Assembly (NCBI GenBank): GCA_902591925.1
Contig: CACJCN010000006.1
Coordinates: forward strand, 9,919 to 73,918
Reading direction: 5' to 3'
DNA: 64,000 nt
Source: an uncultured SAR86 cluster bacterium
Lineage (GTDB): Bacteria > Pseudomonadota > Gammaproteobacteria > Magnimaribacterales > D2472
Part shown: piece by piece, positions 55,679-64,000 of the stretch
How the letters are laid out: each line of letters starts with the position of its first letter
Position numbering within the stretch: position 1 is the first letter of the stretch
Translations under genes and position numbers: made by a program
Notes under the pieces: generated by a model
What the model saw: the letters and a program-made list of their open reading frames with translations, nothing else
Database searches by the model: none
What the model was told of the DNA's origin: nothing

Positions 55679-56547
55679 AACTTGTCTTCTTTAAAAGATT
55701 TAATTTCATCAAGTTCTTTATTCAACATTTCAAGGTGAGAAAAGACATCTGGAATCTGTTTGGTTTCAGTGATTAATTCTAAAAGATTATTTAATGAAAC
55801 TTGCATACCAGCTAGAGCTTTTATCAAGTCAACTCTATTAAGCATAAAAATATCTCGCCACATTTCTGAGTTTGATCCGCTAAGTCTGAGAAACTCTTTC
55901 AATCCTCCTCCAGCATTATCATCTACATTATGATTAGATAGTCTAATTGAATCAATCAATGCATATGAAACTAAGTGAGGAAGATGACTTGTCATTGCGA
56001 ATACTAAATCATGCTCACTAACGGTCATCAATGCTGTTTTCATCTGAAGTGCATTCTTCCAAAAATTATCAACTTTTTCAAAGTGGCCTTTTTTACTTTT
56101 GAAAGGATCACACAAAACATTTTTTTTATTTTTAAAAAGATCTCCATTAGCCGCAGAAATTCCTGATTGATCAGAACCTGCAATTGGGTGAGAAAGGACA
56201 ATATTTGAAACATCAGTCAATTTAATATGATTTTTTACACTTGATGTATCAGTAATGGTTACATCCGTATTCCAAATATTCTTTAAGTTATTTAAAACAT
56301 CTAATGTTTGTTTTGGAGGGACAGCAACAATAATTAGATCAACTTTTTTGACAAAATCTTTTAAATTTATATCTTCAATAGACTCGACTTTTGAGTCAAT
56401 TATTTTTTTTTCTAAAGCCTCATTTGTGCAATCATTTGATTTATCAAATCCATAAACTTTTATACCTTTAGATTTTGAAGCTAAGGCAATTGATGAACCA
56501 ATCATGCCAAGGCCAATTATTAGAATATTATCTACATTTAGATTCAT
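55675..56547 (-). CDS. tyrA: Prephenate/arogenate dehydrogenase
   Basis: GLGMIGSS, TDTSSVK, HPIAGS, EHD...A.TSHLPH, MWRDIF. Confidence 0.9.
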   Translation of the reverse strand: MNLNVDNILIIGLGMIGSSIALASKSKGIKVYGFDKSNDCTNEALEKKIIDSKVESIEDINLKDFVKKVDLIIVAVPPKQTLDVLNNLKNIWNTDVTITDTSSVKNHIKLTDVSNIVLSHPIAGSDQSGISAANGDLFKNKKNVLCDPFKSKKGHFEKVDNFWKNALQMKTALMTVSEHDLVFAMTSHLPHLVSYALIDSIRLSNHNVDDNAGGGLKEFLRLSGSNSEMWRDIFMLNRVDLIKALAGMQVSLNNLLELITETKQIPDVFSHLEMLNKELDEIKSFKEDKF

Positions 56548-57632
56548 ATATATTCAGGATATGAGCCAAAATTTCTTACAATAGCACCAGTATCAATAAC
56601 TTCTTTTATAGCTAGACGTAATTTTTGGTCTTTGATATGTCCTTCACAATCAACAAAGAAATCATGAGAATTTATATTTCCTCTTGATGGACGAGTCTCA
56701 ATCTTGCTTAAGTTGATTTTTCTTTTTTCAAAAGGTTGTAGAACTGACATTAAGGAGCCAGGTCTATTTGGAGTTTGGATTAAAAAAGAGCTCTTATCTT
56801 TGCTTGTCTTTTCAACTTTATTTTTACCTATTACTAGGAATCTAGTTTTATTTTCTGAGTAATCCTGAATATTTTTGTTGATTAACTTCAATTTATACTT
56901 GTTTAATGCCATTGAATTTACGATACATAAAATATTTTTATTCTCTTTTGCATATTGCGCAGCGACTGCTGAGCTCGGCATTTCAAGTCTTTTTATGCTT
57001 CCCAAATTTCTTTCAATCCATTTTGAGCATTGTCCTAATGCCTGAGGATGAGATGCAATAGCGAAAGCTTGTTCAATTTTAAATTTATTTCCTGCTGCTA
57101 ATTGATGATCAATATTTAAATATATCTCTCCAATAATATTTATGTCTTTACTGTCTGCAAGACAATTTAGAGTAGTATTTATGACTCCTTCCGATGAATT
57201 TTCTACTGGAACAACCCCTAAATTTACATCATCGTTTATTACTTGATAAAAGACATCATCAATAGTTGATGTAGGTATTCTTAGAGCCTGAGAGCCAAAT
57301 TGATTATGAACAGCTGCCTCTGAATGAGTTGCCTCAGGTCCAAGATATGCAACTTTTAAAATTTCTTCAAGAGACAGACAGCCAGAAATTAATTCTTTAT
57401 AAATGGCTCTAATCTTAGAATCTGGTAATAGTCCTTTTTTATTTGCATTTAAGATATTTCGTAAAATTTTTGTCTCTCTATCAGGTTTATAAAATGACTC
57501 TTTAGGACTTACTTTTGATTTAATCTTTCCAATTGCCACAGCATGTGAAGCTCTTTTTTGAATAAGAGAATAAATTTCTTTGTCTATTTTATCAATTTTG
57601 ACTCTGTGACTTTTTAATTTCTTATCTGTCAT
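56544..57632 (-). CDS. pheA: Chorismate mutase / prephenate dehydratase (P-protein)
   Basis: N-terminal CM domain, YLGPE.T.SE, PVENSSEG, SHPQAL.QC, NKTRF, ACT domain ETRPS. Confidence 0.95.
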   Translation of the reverse strand: MTDKKLKSHRVKIDKIDKEIYSLIQKRASHAVAIGKIKSKVSPKESFYKPDRETKILRNILNANKKGLLPDSKIRAIYKELISGCLSLEEILKVAYLGPEATHSEAAVHNQFGSQALRIPTSTIDDVFYQVINDDVNLGVVPVENSSEGVINTTLNCLADSKDINIIGEIYLNIDHQLAAGNKFKIEQAFAIASHPQALGQCSKWIERNLGSIKRLEMPSSAVAAQYAKENKNILCIVNSMALNKYKLKLINKNIQDYSENKTRFLVIGKNKVEKTSKDKSSFLIQTPNRPGSLMSVLQPFEKRKINLSKIETRPSRGNINSHDFFVDCEGHIKDQKLRLAIKEVIDTGAIVRNFGSYPEYI

Positions 57633-57637
57633 TTTTG

Positions 57638-58714
57638 TTAACCATATTTTGACTCAAAGTATTTCATATACTTTATAAGTTCCTCAACCCCCTCTAAAGG
57701 CATTGCATTATATATGCTAGCTCTCATTCCTCCAACTGATCTATGTCCTTTTAAATTTAAAAGGCCATTTTCTTCTGCATGTAATAAGAATGGAGAATCT
57801 AATTCATCATTTTCAAGAAAAAATGTAACATTCATAATTGATCTGTTTTCAATATCTATGTTATTTGAATAAAAATCTGAACTATCAATATATTGATATA
57901 ATTTTGATGCTTTTGAATAATTCTGCTGTTTAAAAAATTCAAGCCCTCCTTTCTCTTTTATCCATTTAAAAACCTTTCCAGCCATATACCATGCAAATGT
58001 AGGAGGTGTATTTAACATTGATTCTGCAATTGAATGTTCAGAATATTTCAGAATATTTGGAATTTTTTGATTTCCTAATTCCATGAAGTCTTTATCAATA
58101 ATTACTATTGTTAAGCCAGCAGGACCAATATTCTTTTGAGCACCTGCGTATATTAATGAGAATTTACTAACATCTAGAGGCTCACTCAAAATTACTGAAG
58201 ATGCATCTGAAATAATAGGTTTATTTAAATTAGGTGCTTCATGAATTGCGACTCCCTGAATCGTCTCATTTGGACAATAATGAACATATGCAGAATTTTC
58301 AGATATCTTCCAAGCTTTTGGATCAGGGGCATAACAGTAATTTTTCGCTTCAGATGAAGCAATTGTATTCACTTTTGTTATCTTTGATGCTTCAGAAATT
58401 GCTTTTTTTGACCATGAGCCTGACAAAATATAGTCAGCCCCGCCCGAACTGTTACCAAAATTATATGGAACCATTGAAAATTGATGTGTTGCTCCACCTT
58501 GGAGGAATAAAACATCATAATTTTTAGGTATATTCAAAATATCAATTAAGTCTTGTTTTGCCTCTACAGCGACGGAAGAATATAACTTTGACCTGTGACT
58601 TACCTCCATTATGGAGGCTCCAGAATTGTTATATTCTAATAACTCAGATTTAACCTCTTCTAAAACCTCTTCAGAAATTACTGCAGGACCAGCACAGAAA
58701 TTCCATTTTCTCAT
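57638..58714 (-). CDS. serC: Phosphoserine aminotransferase
   Basis: True start MRKWNFCAGP (58714); EVSHRS, GAQKNIGPAG, NTPP, GHRSVGGMRASIYNA. Confidence 0.96.
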   Translation of the reverse strand: MRKWNFCAGPAVISEEVLEEVKSELLEYNNSGASIMEVSHRSKLYSSVAVEAKQDLIDILNIPKNYDVLFLQGGATHQFSMVPYNFGNSSGGADYILSGSWSKKAISEASKITKVNTIASSEAKNYCYAPDPKAWKISENSAYVHYCPNETIQGVAIHEAPNLNKPIISDASSVILSEPLDVSKFSLIYAGAQKNIGPAGLTIVIIDKDFMELGNQKIPNILKYSEHSIAESMLNTPPTFAWYMAGKVFKWIKEKGGLEFFKQQNYSKASKLYQYIDSSDFYSNNIDIENRSIMNVTFFLENDELDSPFLLHAEENGLLNLKGHRSVGGMRASIYNAMPLEGVEELIKYMKYFESKYG

Positions 58715-58719
58715 TACTA

Positions 58720-61257
58720 TTAATCTTGATCTTCTTCTTGAGGTATAGTTACACACTCAATAAGTTTTTCTTCTTCTTTTGGAGTAATGATTTTTACTCC
58801 TTGGGTGTTTCTGCTTAATGTTGGAACTTGGGAAACATTCGTTCTTATCATAGTACCTTTATCACTTATCAACATTATTCCATCTTCTTCCTCAACTAAT
58901 GCTGCCGCAACCATCATTCCGTTTCTCTCACTTGTTTTTATAGAAATTACACCTTGTCCACCTCTGTTATGTGTTGGGAAATCTTCTAGTTCAGTCTTTT
59001 TACCATAACCATTTTCTGACACACACAGAATAGTCTTTGTTGGATCAGCAACATTTAACGAAATTAGTCTTTGGTCTTTTTTTAATTTCATGCCTTTCAC
59101 ACCTCTTGCGGTTCTACCCATAGGCCTAACTTTAGACTCATTAAATCTGATCAATTTTCCTGCAGATGAGGCCAATAAAATTTCTTTTTTACCATCAGTT
59201 ATTGCGGTCCCTATTAATCTATCATCATCATCAAGATTTATAGCCTTAATTCCTGATTTCCACTTTCTTGCAAAAAGGCTTAGGCTAGTTTTCTTTGTTA
59301 TACCTTTTCTTGTTGCCATAAAAATAAATTTATCTTCAGAAAATTCTTCAACTGGCAAGATATCGCTCACCCTTTCATCATCATCTAATTTAAGCATGTT
59401 TACTAAAGGTCTTCCTTTTGACGTTCTAGATGCAACAGGTATCTCATAAACTTTAAGCCAGAATACCTTTCCCTTTGTTGTGAAGCATAAAATTTGAACA
59501 TGACTACTCAAAACATAAAGATTTTGAATTAAATCTTCTTCTTTTACAGATGCAGCCGCCTTGCCTTGTCCTCCTCTTCTTTGTTCTCTATATTCATCGA
59601 GAGGTTGGGTTTTAGCATAACCACTTCTTGAAACTGTAAGCACCCTTGTTTCTTCTGGAATAAGATCCTCATTTGTAATACCTCTTCTAGTGTCATTAAT
59701 TAATGTCCTTCTATCATCACCAAAATTTTCTTTAATTTCTTCAAGCTCTCCTATCATCAAATCGATCAGTGTTTGCTTATCATCGAGAATTTTTTGAAGA
59801 CCAAGAATCTTTTCAACGATATCTGAAAATTCTTTGCTTAAATTATCTTGCTCCAAACCAGTCAGTCTTCCAAGCCTTAGCTCGAGAATTGCTTTTGCCT
59901 GGTCTTCAGAAAGTTTATATTTTTTACCTTTGAGTCCAAGATCCTTACTTAATCCTTTTGGTTTACATGCGTCACTTCCAACTTTTTTAAGAATTGCTTC
60001 AACTGGACCAGATTTCCATACCTTTTTACAAAGTTCTTTGGCTGCTATCTTTGGATCTTTTGATTTTTTGATTATTGAAATAATTTGATCGATATTTGCA
60101 ATTGCAACCATCAAGCCCTCAACAACATGGCCCCTATCCTTGGCTTTTCGAAGATCATACTTAGTCCTTTTTGTAATAATATCTTTTCTATGCTTAACAA
60201 ATGCTTTAAGCATTTCTTTTAAATTAACTTCTTTTGGCTGGCCTTCTGATAGAACAGTGAAGTTAATTCCAAAAGATTGTTCAAGTTGAGTTTGAGCAAA
60301 AAGGTTATTCTCTAAAACATCAACCGAATCACCTTTTCTAACTTCAATTACTACTCTTAATCCATCCTTATCTGACTCATCCCTAATTTCAGTTATCCCC
60401 TCTATTTTCTTTTCTTTAACTAACTCAGCAATTTTTTCTAACATCTTTGCTTTATTAACCATAAAAGGTATCTCATTTATGATTAAACTTTGTTTGCCAG
60501 ATTTGTCCTCTTCAATAGAGGTATTAGACCTAATATGAATTATTCCTCTGCCTGTTTTATAAGCCTCATATATTCCAGCTTTTCCGTCTATAGTTCCACC
60601 TGTTGGAAAGTCTGGACCAGAGATATCCTTGATCAATTCATCAATTGAGATTTTTGGATTATTGATTAAATTGATACATCCATTTAAAACTTCGTTTAAA
60701 TTATGTGGAGGAATATTTGTTGCCATGCCAACTGCAATTCCAGAAGAGCCGTTTACAAGTAAATTTGGAATTTTTGTTGGCAGGACGTCTGGAATATCTT
60801 CACTACCATCATAGTTTGGTGAAAAAGAAACAGTCTCCTTTTCTATATCACCTAACATTTGATCTGTAATTTTAGACATTCTTACTTCTGTATAACGCAT
60901 TGCGGCAGGAGGATCGCCATCAATTGATCCAAAATTTCCTTGACCCTCGACTATCGGATATCTCATTGAAAAATCTTGAGCCATTCTGACCATTGCATCG
61001 TAAACAGCAGAGTCTCCATGTGGATGATATTTTCCAATGACATCTCCAACAACTCTTGCAGATTTTTTATAAGGTCTATTATAGAAATTTTTAAGATCAT
61101 ACATTGCGAATAAAATTCTTCTATGGACCGGTTTTAAGCCATCTCTTATGTCGGGAAGAGCCCTTCCATGAATAACGCTTAATGCATAACTTAAGTAAGA
61201 TTGCTTAAGTTCATCTTCAATATTTACAGATATAATTTCTTTAGCGAAATCATTCAT
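58720..61257 (-). CDS. gyrA: DNA gyrase subunit A
   Basis: [20 protein letters not shown], GyrA-box QRRGGQG, beta-pinwheel repeats. Confidence 0.97.
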   Translation of the reverse strand: MNDFAKEIISVNIEDELKQSYLSYALSVIHGRALPDIRDGLKPVHRRILFAMYDLKNFYNRPYKKSARVVGDVIGKYHPHGDSAVYDAMVRMAQDFSMRYPIVEGQGNFGSIDGDPPAAMRYTEVRMSKITDQMLGDIEKETVSFSPNYDGSEDIPDVLPTKIPNLLVNGSSGIAVGMATNIPPHNLNEVLNGCINLINNPKISIDELIKDISGPDFPTGGTIDGKAGIYEAYKTGRGIIHIRSNTSIEEDKSGKQSLIINEIPFMVNKAKMLEKIAELVKEKKIEGITEIRDESDKDGLRVVIEVRKGDSVDVLENNLFAQTQLEQSFGINFTVLSEGQPKEVNLKEMLKAFVKHRKDIITKRTKYDLRKAKDRGHVVEGLMVAIANIDQIISIIKKSKDPKIAAKELCKKVWKSGPVEAILKKVGSDACKPKGLSKDLGLKGKKYKLSEDQAKAILELRLGRLTGLEQDNLSKEFSDIVEKILGLQKILDDKQTLIDLMIGELEEIKENFGDDRRTLINDTRRGITNEDLIPEETRVLTVSRSGYAKTQPLDEYREQRRGGQGKAAASVKEEDLIQNLYVLSSHVQILCFTTKGKVFWLKVYEIPVASRTSKGRPLVNMLKLDDDERVSDILPVEEFSEDKFIFMATRKGITKKTSLSLFARKWKSGIKAINLDDDDRLIGTAITDGKKEILLASSAGKLIRFNESKVRPMGRTARGVKGMKLKKDQRLISLNVADPTKTILCVSENGYGKKTELEDFPTHNRGGQGVISIKTSERNGMMVAAALVEEEDGIMLISDKGTMIRTNVSQVPTLSRNTQGVKIITPKEEEKLIECVTIPQEEDQD

Positions 61258-61339
61258 TTTATAGCTCGGAAAACCCTTGTTTTATGCACAAATTTTATAA
61301 CCCTAATAGGGTAATATTTTAACATATTTATAAGTGAAA

Positions 61340-62719
61340 TTACTCTTTAAATTCAGTAACTAAGCCGCCAATTGACTCCTTTGCGTCACCAAATAACATT
61401 CTGGTATTTTCTTTGAAAAACAAAGGATTTTGCACACCTGCAAAACCAGATGACATTGATCTTTTTAGAACAAAAACTGTCCTTGCATTATGAACTTCGA
61501 TTATAGGCATTCCGTAAATTGGACTTCCTGGTTCTTCTGTTGCAGATGGATTTACTACGTCATTTGCTCCAATTACTACAGCAACATCAACAGTGTCCAT
61601 AGATGGATTTACATCTTCTGGTTCAACTAAAACATCATAGGGTACGTTTGCTTCTGCAAGCAAGACATTCATATGACCTGGCATTCTTCCAGCAACTGGA
61701 TGAATTCCATATCTTACTTCAGTACCGTTTGCTTCAAGAAGCTCTCCTAGTTCTCTTACAACATGCTGAGCTTGCGCAACTGCCATACCATATCCTGGAA
61801 TTACTAGAACAGAACTCGCATTCTCTAAAATTAAATATGCATCCGATACATTTATTGGTTTGACCTCACCAGTTTCTTCAGATTTTGAAGCAGAAGTTGA
61901 TGAAGCGTAGCCAACAAATAAAATGTTGCCAATTGAGCGATTCATAGCCTTAGCCATGATGATAGTTAAAATTAAACCACTAGCTCCAACTAAAGATCCA
62001 GCAACAATAAGAACATTATTTAATAGTAACAATCCTGCAAATGCTGCAGCAATACCTGAGAATGAGTTTAATAATGAAATAACTACTGGCATATCACCAC
62101 CACCAATTGGAATTACGAATCCCACACCGCCTAGCAATGTTAAAATCAATAAAATTGTGTAGAAATCAAAGCCTGGACTGAAAACCTTTGTTATAAGAAT
62201 TGAGTACAACAAATATATAATTGAAATGTAGAAAAAAGTTGTGAAGAATTTTGTAATTATCGAGGACTTTTCGACCTTTAGTGTCTCTGATAATTTGCCA
62301 TAGGCAATAACACTTCCAGAGAATGTGACGCCTCCAATGTAAGTTGTAATCATTACCAATATATATTGAAAATTATTTGATGGTATTGAATTAAATTCAG
62401 ACCAAGCAATAAAGAATGTTGCCAAACCTCCAAATCCATTAAAAAGTGCTACCATCTCAGGGATAGAAGTCATTTTTACTTTTAGTGCAATAAGTGAACC
62501 TATAATTGCACCAATTCCGATCCCAACTAAAACTAAAATAGGATTTATTACATTAATAAATGTGACAGAAACAGCGATGAACATTGCTAATGCCGATAAG
62601 AAATTACCTCTTACGGCAGTATCTTCTTTCCCAAGCATCTTGATGCCTGAAATAAATAATATAGACGAAAATATATAAATAATATTTTGAATAGAAGATA
62701 TGTTTTCAAAAAAGCTCAT
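61340..62719 (-). CDS. pntB: NAD(P) transhydrogenase subunit beta
   Basis: PEMVALFNGFGG, GGDMPVVISLLNS, PGYGMAVAQAQ, HPVAGRMPGHMNV. Confidence 0.96.
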   Translation of the reverse strand: MSFFENISSIQNIIYIFSSILFISGIKMLGKEDTAVRGNFLSALAMFIAVSVTFINVINPILVLVGIGIGAIIGSLIALKVKMTSIPEMVALFNGFGGLATFFIAWSEFNSIPSNNFQYILVMITTYIGGVTFSGSVIAYGKLSETLKVEKSSIITKFFTTFFYISIIYLLYSILITKVFSPGFDFYTILLILTLLGGVGFVIPIGGGDMPVVISLLNSFSGIAAAFAGLLLLNNVLIVAGSLVGASGLILTIIMAKAMNRSIGNILFVGYASSTSASKSEETGEVKPINVSDAYLILENASSVLVIPGYGMAVAQAQHVVRELGELLEANGTEVRYGIHPVAGRMPGHMNVLLAEANVPYDVLVEPEDVNPSMDTVDVAVVIGANDVVNPSATEEPGSPIYGMPIIEVHNARTVFVLKRSMSSGFAGVQNPLFFKENTRMLFGDAKESIGGLVTEFKE

Positions 62720-62721
62720 TG

Positions 62722-62994
62722 TTATTTCTTCTTAAACATTTTTAACATTCTGTTTGTAACAAGATAGCCACCAAAAACGTTAATTGATGCAAACATTACT
62801 GCAAGGAAAGCTAAGGCTTGTTGAAGTTGAGTATCGGAACCAAGAACTAAAGCTCCAACTAAAGCAATTCCTGAAATTGCATTAGCACCTGACATAAGAG
62901 GTGTATGCAAGGTACTTGGAACTTTAGATATAAGCTCTAATCCAAGATAAATTGAAAGAATAAGGACAAATCCTAAGAGAATATATATTTCCAT
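62722..62994 (-). CDS. pntA: NAD(P) transhydrogenase alpha subunit, membrane part (alpha2)
   Basis: LHTPLMSGANAISG, GGYLVTNRML.MF. Confidence 0.93.
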   Translation of the reverse strand: MEIYILLGFVLILSIYLGLELISKVPSTLHTPLMSGANAISGIALVGALVLGSDTQLQQALAFLAVMFASINVFGGYLVTNRMLKMFKKK

Positions 62995-63998
62995 TATTGC
63001 TTAAACCTCTCATTTTTAATTTCGCCATTGTGAACTAAAACACTACTTGAAATAATTTCATCATCAAAGTCAAAGCTAATGCTTAGATTTTCTTTATCAA
63101 AAAAATCTGAAATCCAATTATTGTAATTATTTGAAAGTGCTAAAGAAGCATGATTAGATACTTTTGAAGCTAAATTTGATATGCCAATAATCTTAACTCC
63201 ATTTCTTTCAACAACTTTATCTACTTCAGACCCTTCAACATTGCCACCTGATTCTACTGCCATATCAAAAATAACACTTCCAGGCATCATTCTATCAATT
63301 GTTTTATTATCAACTAATAAAGGTGCTGGCCTCCCAAATAACTGTGCTGTGGTTATAACAATATCAGATCTCTCACACACTTTTGACTGAAGTTCTTTTT
63401 GTTTTGTTATTTGTTCTTCTGTAAGTTCTTTTGCATATCCTTGATCAGTTTCTCCTGTTTCTCCTAAATCAATTTTTACAAACTTCGCTCCAAGAGAATT
63501 TACTTGTTCCTCAACAACATCTCTTGTATCAAATGCTTCAACTCTAGCTCCCAATCTTTTTGCAGTTGCGATAGCTTGAAGACCGGCAACTCCGACACCT
63601 ATAACAAATACCTTTGCAGGTTTTAGAGTACCTGCTGCTGTCATCATCATTGGTAATGCTGTTGATAAATGTTTTGCGGATTCAATAACAGCAACATAAC
63701 CAGCGAGGTTTGCTTGTGAGCTTAAAACATCCATCTTTTGAGCTCTAGTTATTCTGGGAATAAATTCCATACTAACTAAATTAATTTTTAAGTGAGAGCA
63801 TGATTCGATTAATGCTTGATTACTGAATGGATTTATCATGCCGAGTATAGTTGAATTTGGTCTAATTAATTTTAGTTCATCATCTCCTAATGGTTGATTA
63901 GTAATTATTAAATCGCCCTTTTTGAGACACTCTTCTCGTGAAAATTTCTTTAATCCACTTTGTTCAAAGATTTTATCGCTAACATTAATACCTATTCC
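62994..63998 (-). CDS. pntA: NAD(P) transhydrogenase alpha subunit, NAD(H)-binding part (alpha1; 5' end outside the window)
   Basis: Frame stays open upstream of the called ATG to the window edge (GIGINVSD...RPNSTILG); RITRAQKMDVLSSQ, GVGVAGL, FGRPAP, GGNVE. Confidence 0.93.
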   Translation of the reverse strand, partial: GIGINVSDKIFEQSGLKKFSREECLKKGDLIITNQPLGDDELKLIRPNSTILGMINPFSNQALIESCSHLKINLVSMEFIPRITRAQKMDVLSSQANLAGYVAVIESAKHLSTALPMMMTAAGTLKPAKVFVIGVGVAGLQAIATAKRLGARVEAFDTRDVVEEQVNSLGAKFVKIDLGETGETDQGYAKELTEEQITKQKELQSKVCERSDIVITTAQLFGRPAPLLVDNKTIDRMMPGSVIFDMAVESGGNVEGSEVDKVVERNGVKIIGISNLASKVSNHASLALSNNYNNWISDFFDKENLSISFDFDDEIISSSVLVHNGEIKNERFKQ

Positions 63999-64000
63999 AA

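Noticed and set aside
58715-58756. Longer serC start overlapping gyrA
   Set aside because: The conserved N-terminus begins at MRKWNF (58714).
60990-61035. GyrA quinolone-resistance region
   Set aside because: HGDSAVYD keeps the wild-type Ser and Asp; nothing unusual.
133-63390. Numerous 60-200-aa ORFs antisense to or overlapping clear genes (e.g. 133-399, 6190-6426, 14753-15148, 31100-31702, 44908-45294, 59090-59449)
   Set aside because: No motifs; expected shadows of long coding frames.

Overview
A very AT-rich, gene-dense 64 kb chromosomal segment with tiny or overlapping intergenic spaces; almost all genes lie on the minus strand. Conserved gene order (gyrA-serC-pheA-tyrA-aroA-cmk-rpsA-ihfB-pyrF; uvrC-pgsA...tRNA-Cys-tRNA-Leu; infC-rpmI-rplT-pheS-pheT...ihfA) indicates a gammaproteobacterium. 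The compactness suggests a streamlined marine lineage such as SAR86 (inference, no search run). Housekeeping blocks flank a ~33 kb surface-glycan island (14.5-47.7 kb). It encodes Wzx/Wzy/Wzz, dTDP-rhamnose, ADP-heptose and nonulosonate pathways, a C-methyl-sugar trio and five SAM methyltransferases. Main leads: (1) a PKS-free FkbH/ACP/VOC/GNAT/deacetylase/O-methyltransferase islet between pgsA and tRNA-Cys, possibly a glyceroyl acyl-swap system for glycans; (2) an SLBB exporter + YjbH barrel + Ig/cadherin protein with an (STGTGT)n tail inserted between pheT and ihfA, resembling an expanded GfcA/YjbE module; (3) a stripped translation apparatus: PheS without its N-terminal coiled-coil arm, PheT without B2, five-domain S1 and a non-AUG infC. 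No integrase, transposase, CRISPR array or rRNA was recognised. All assignments come from motif recognition by eye.
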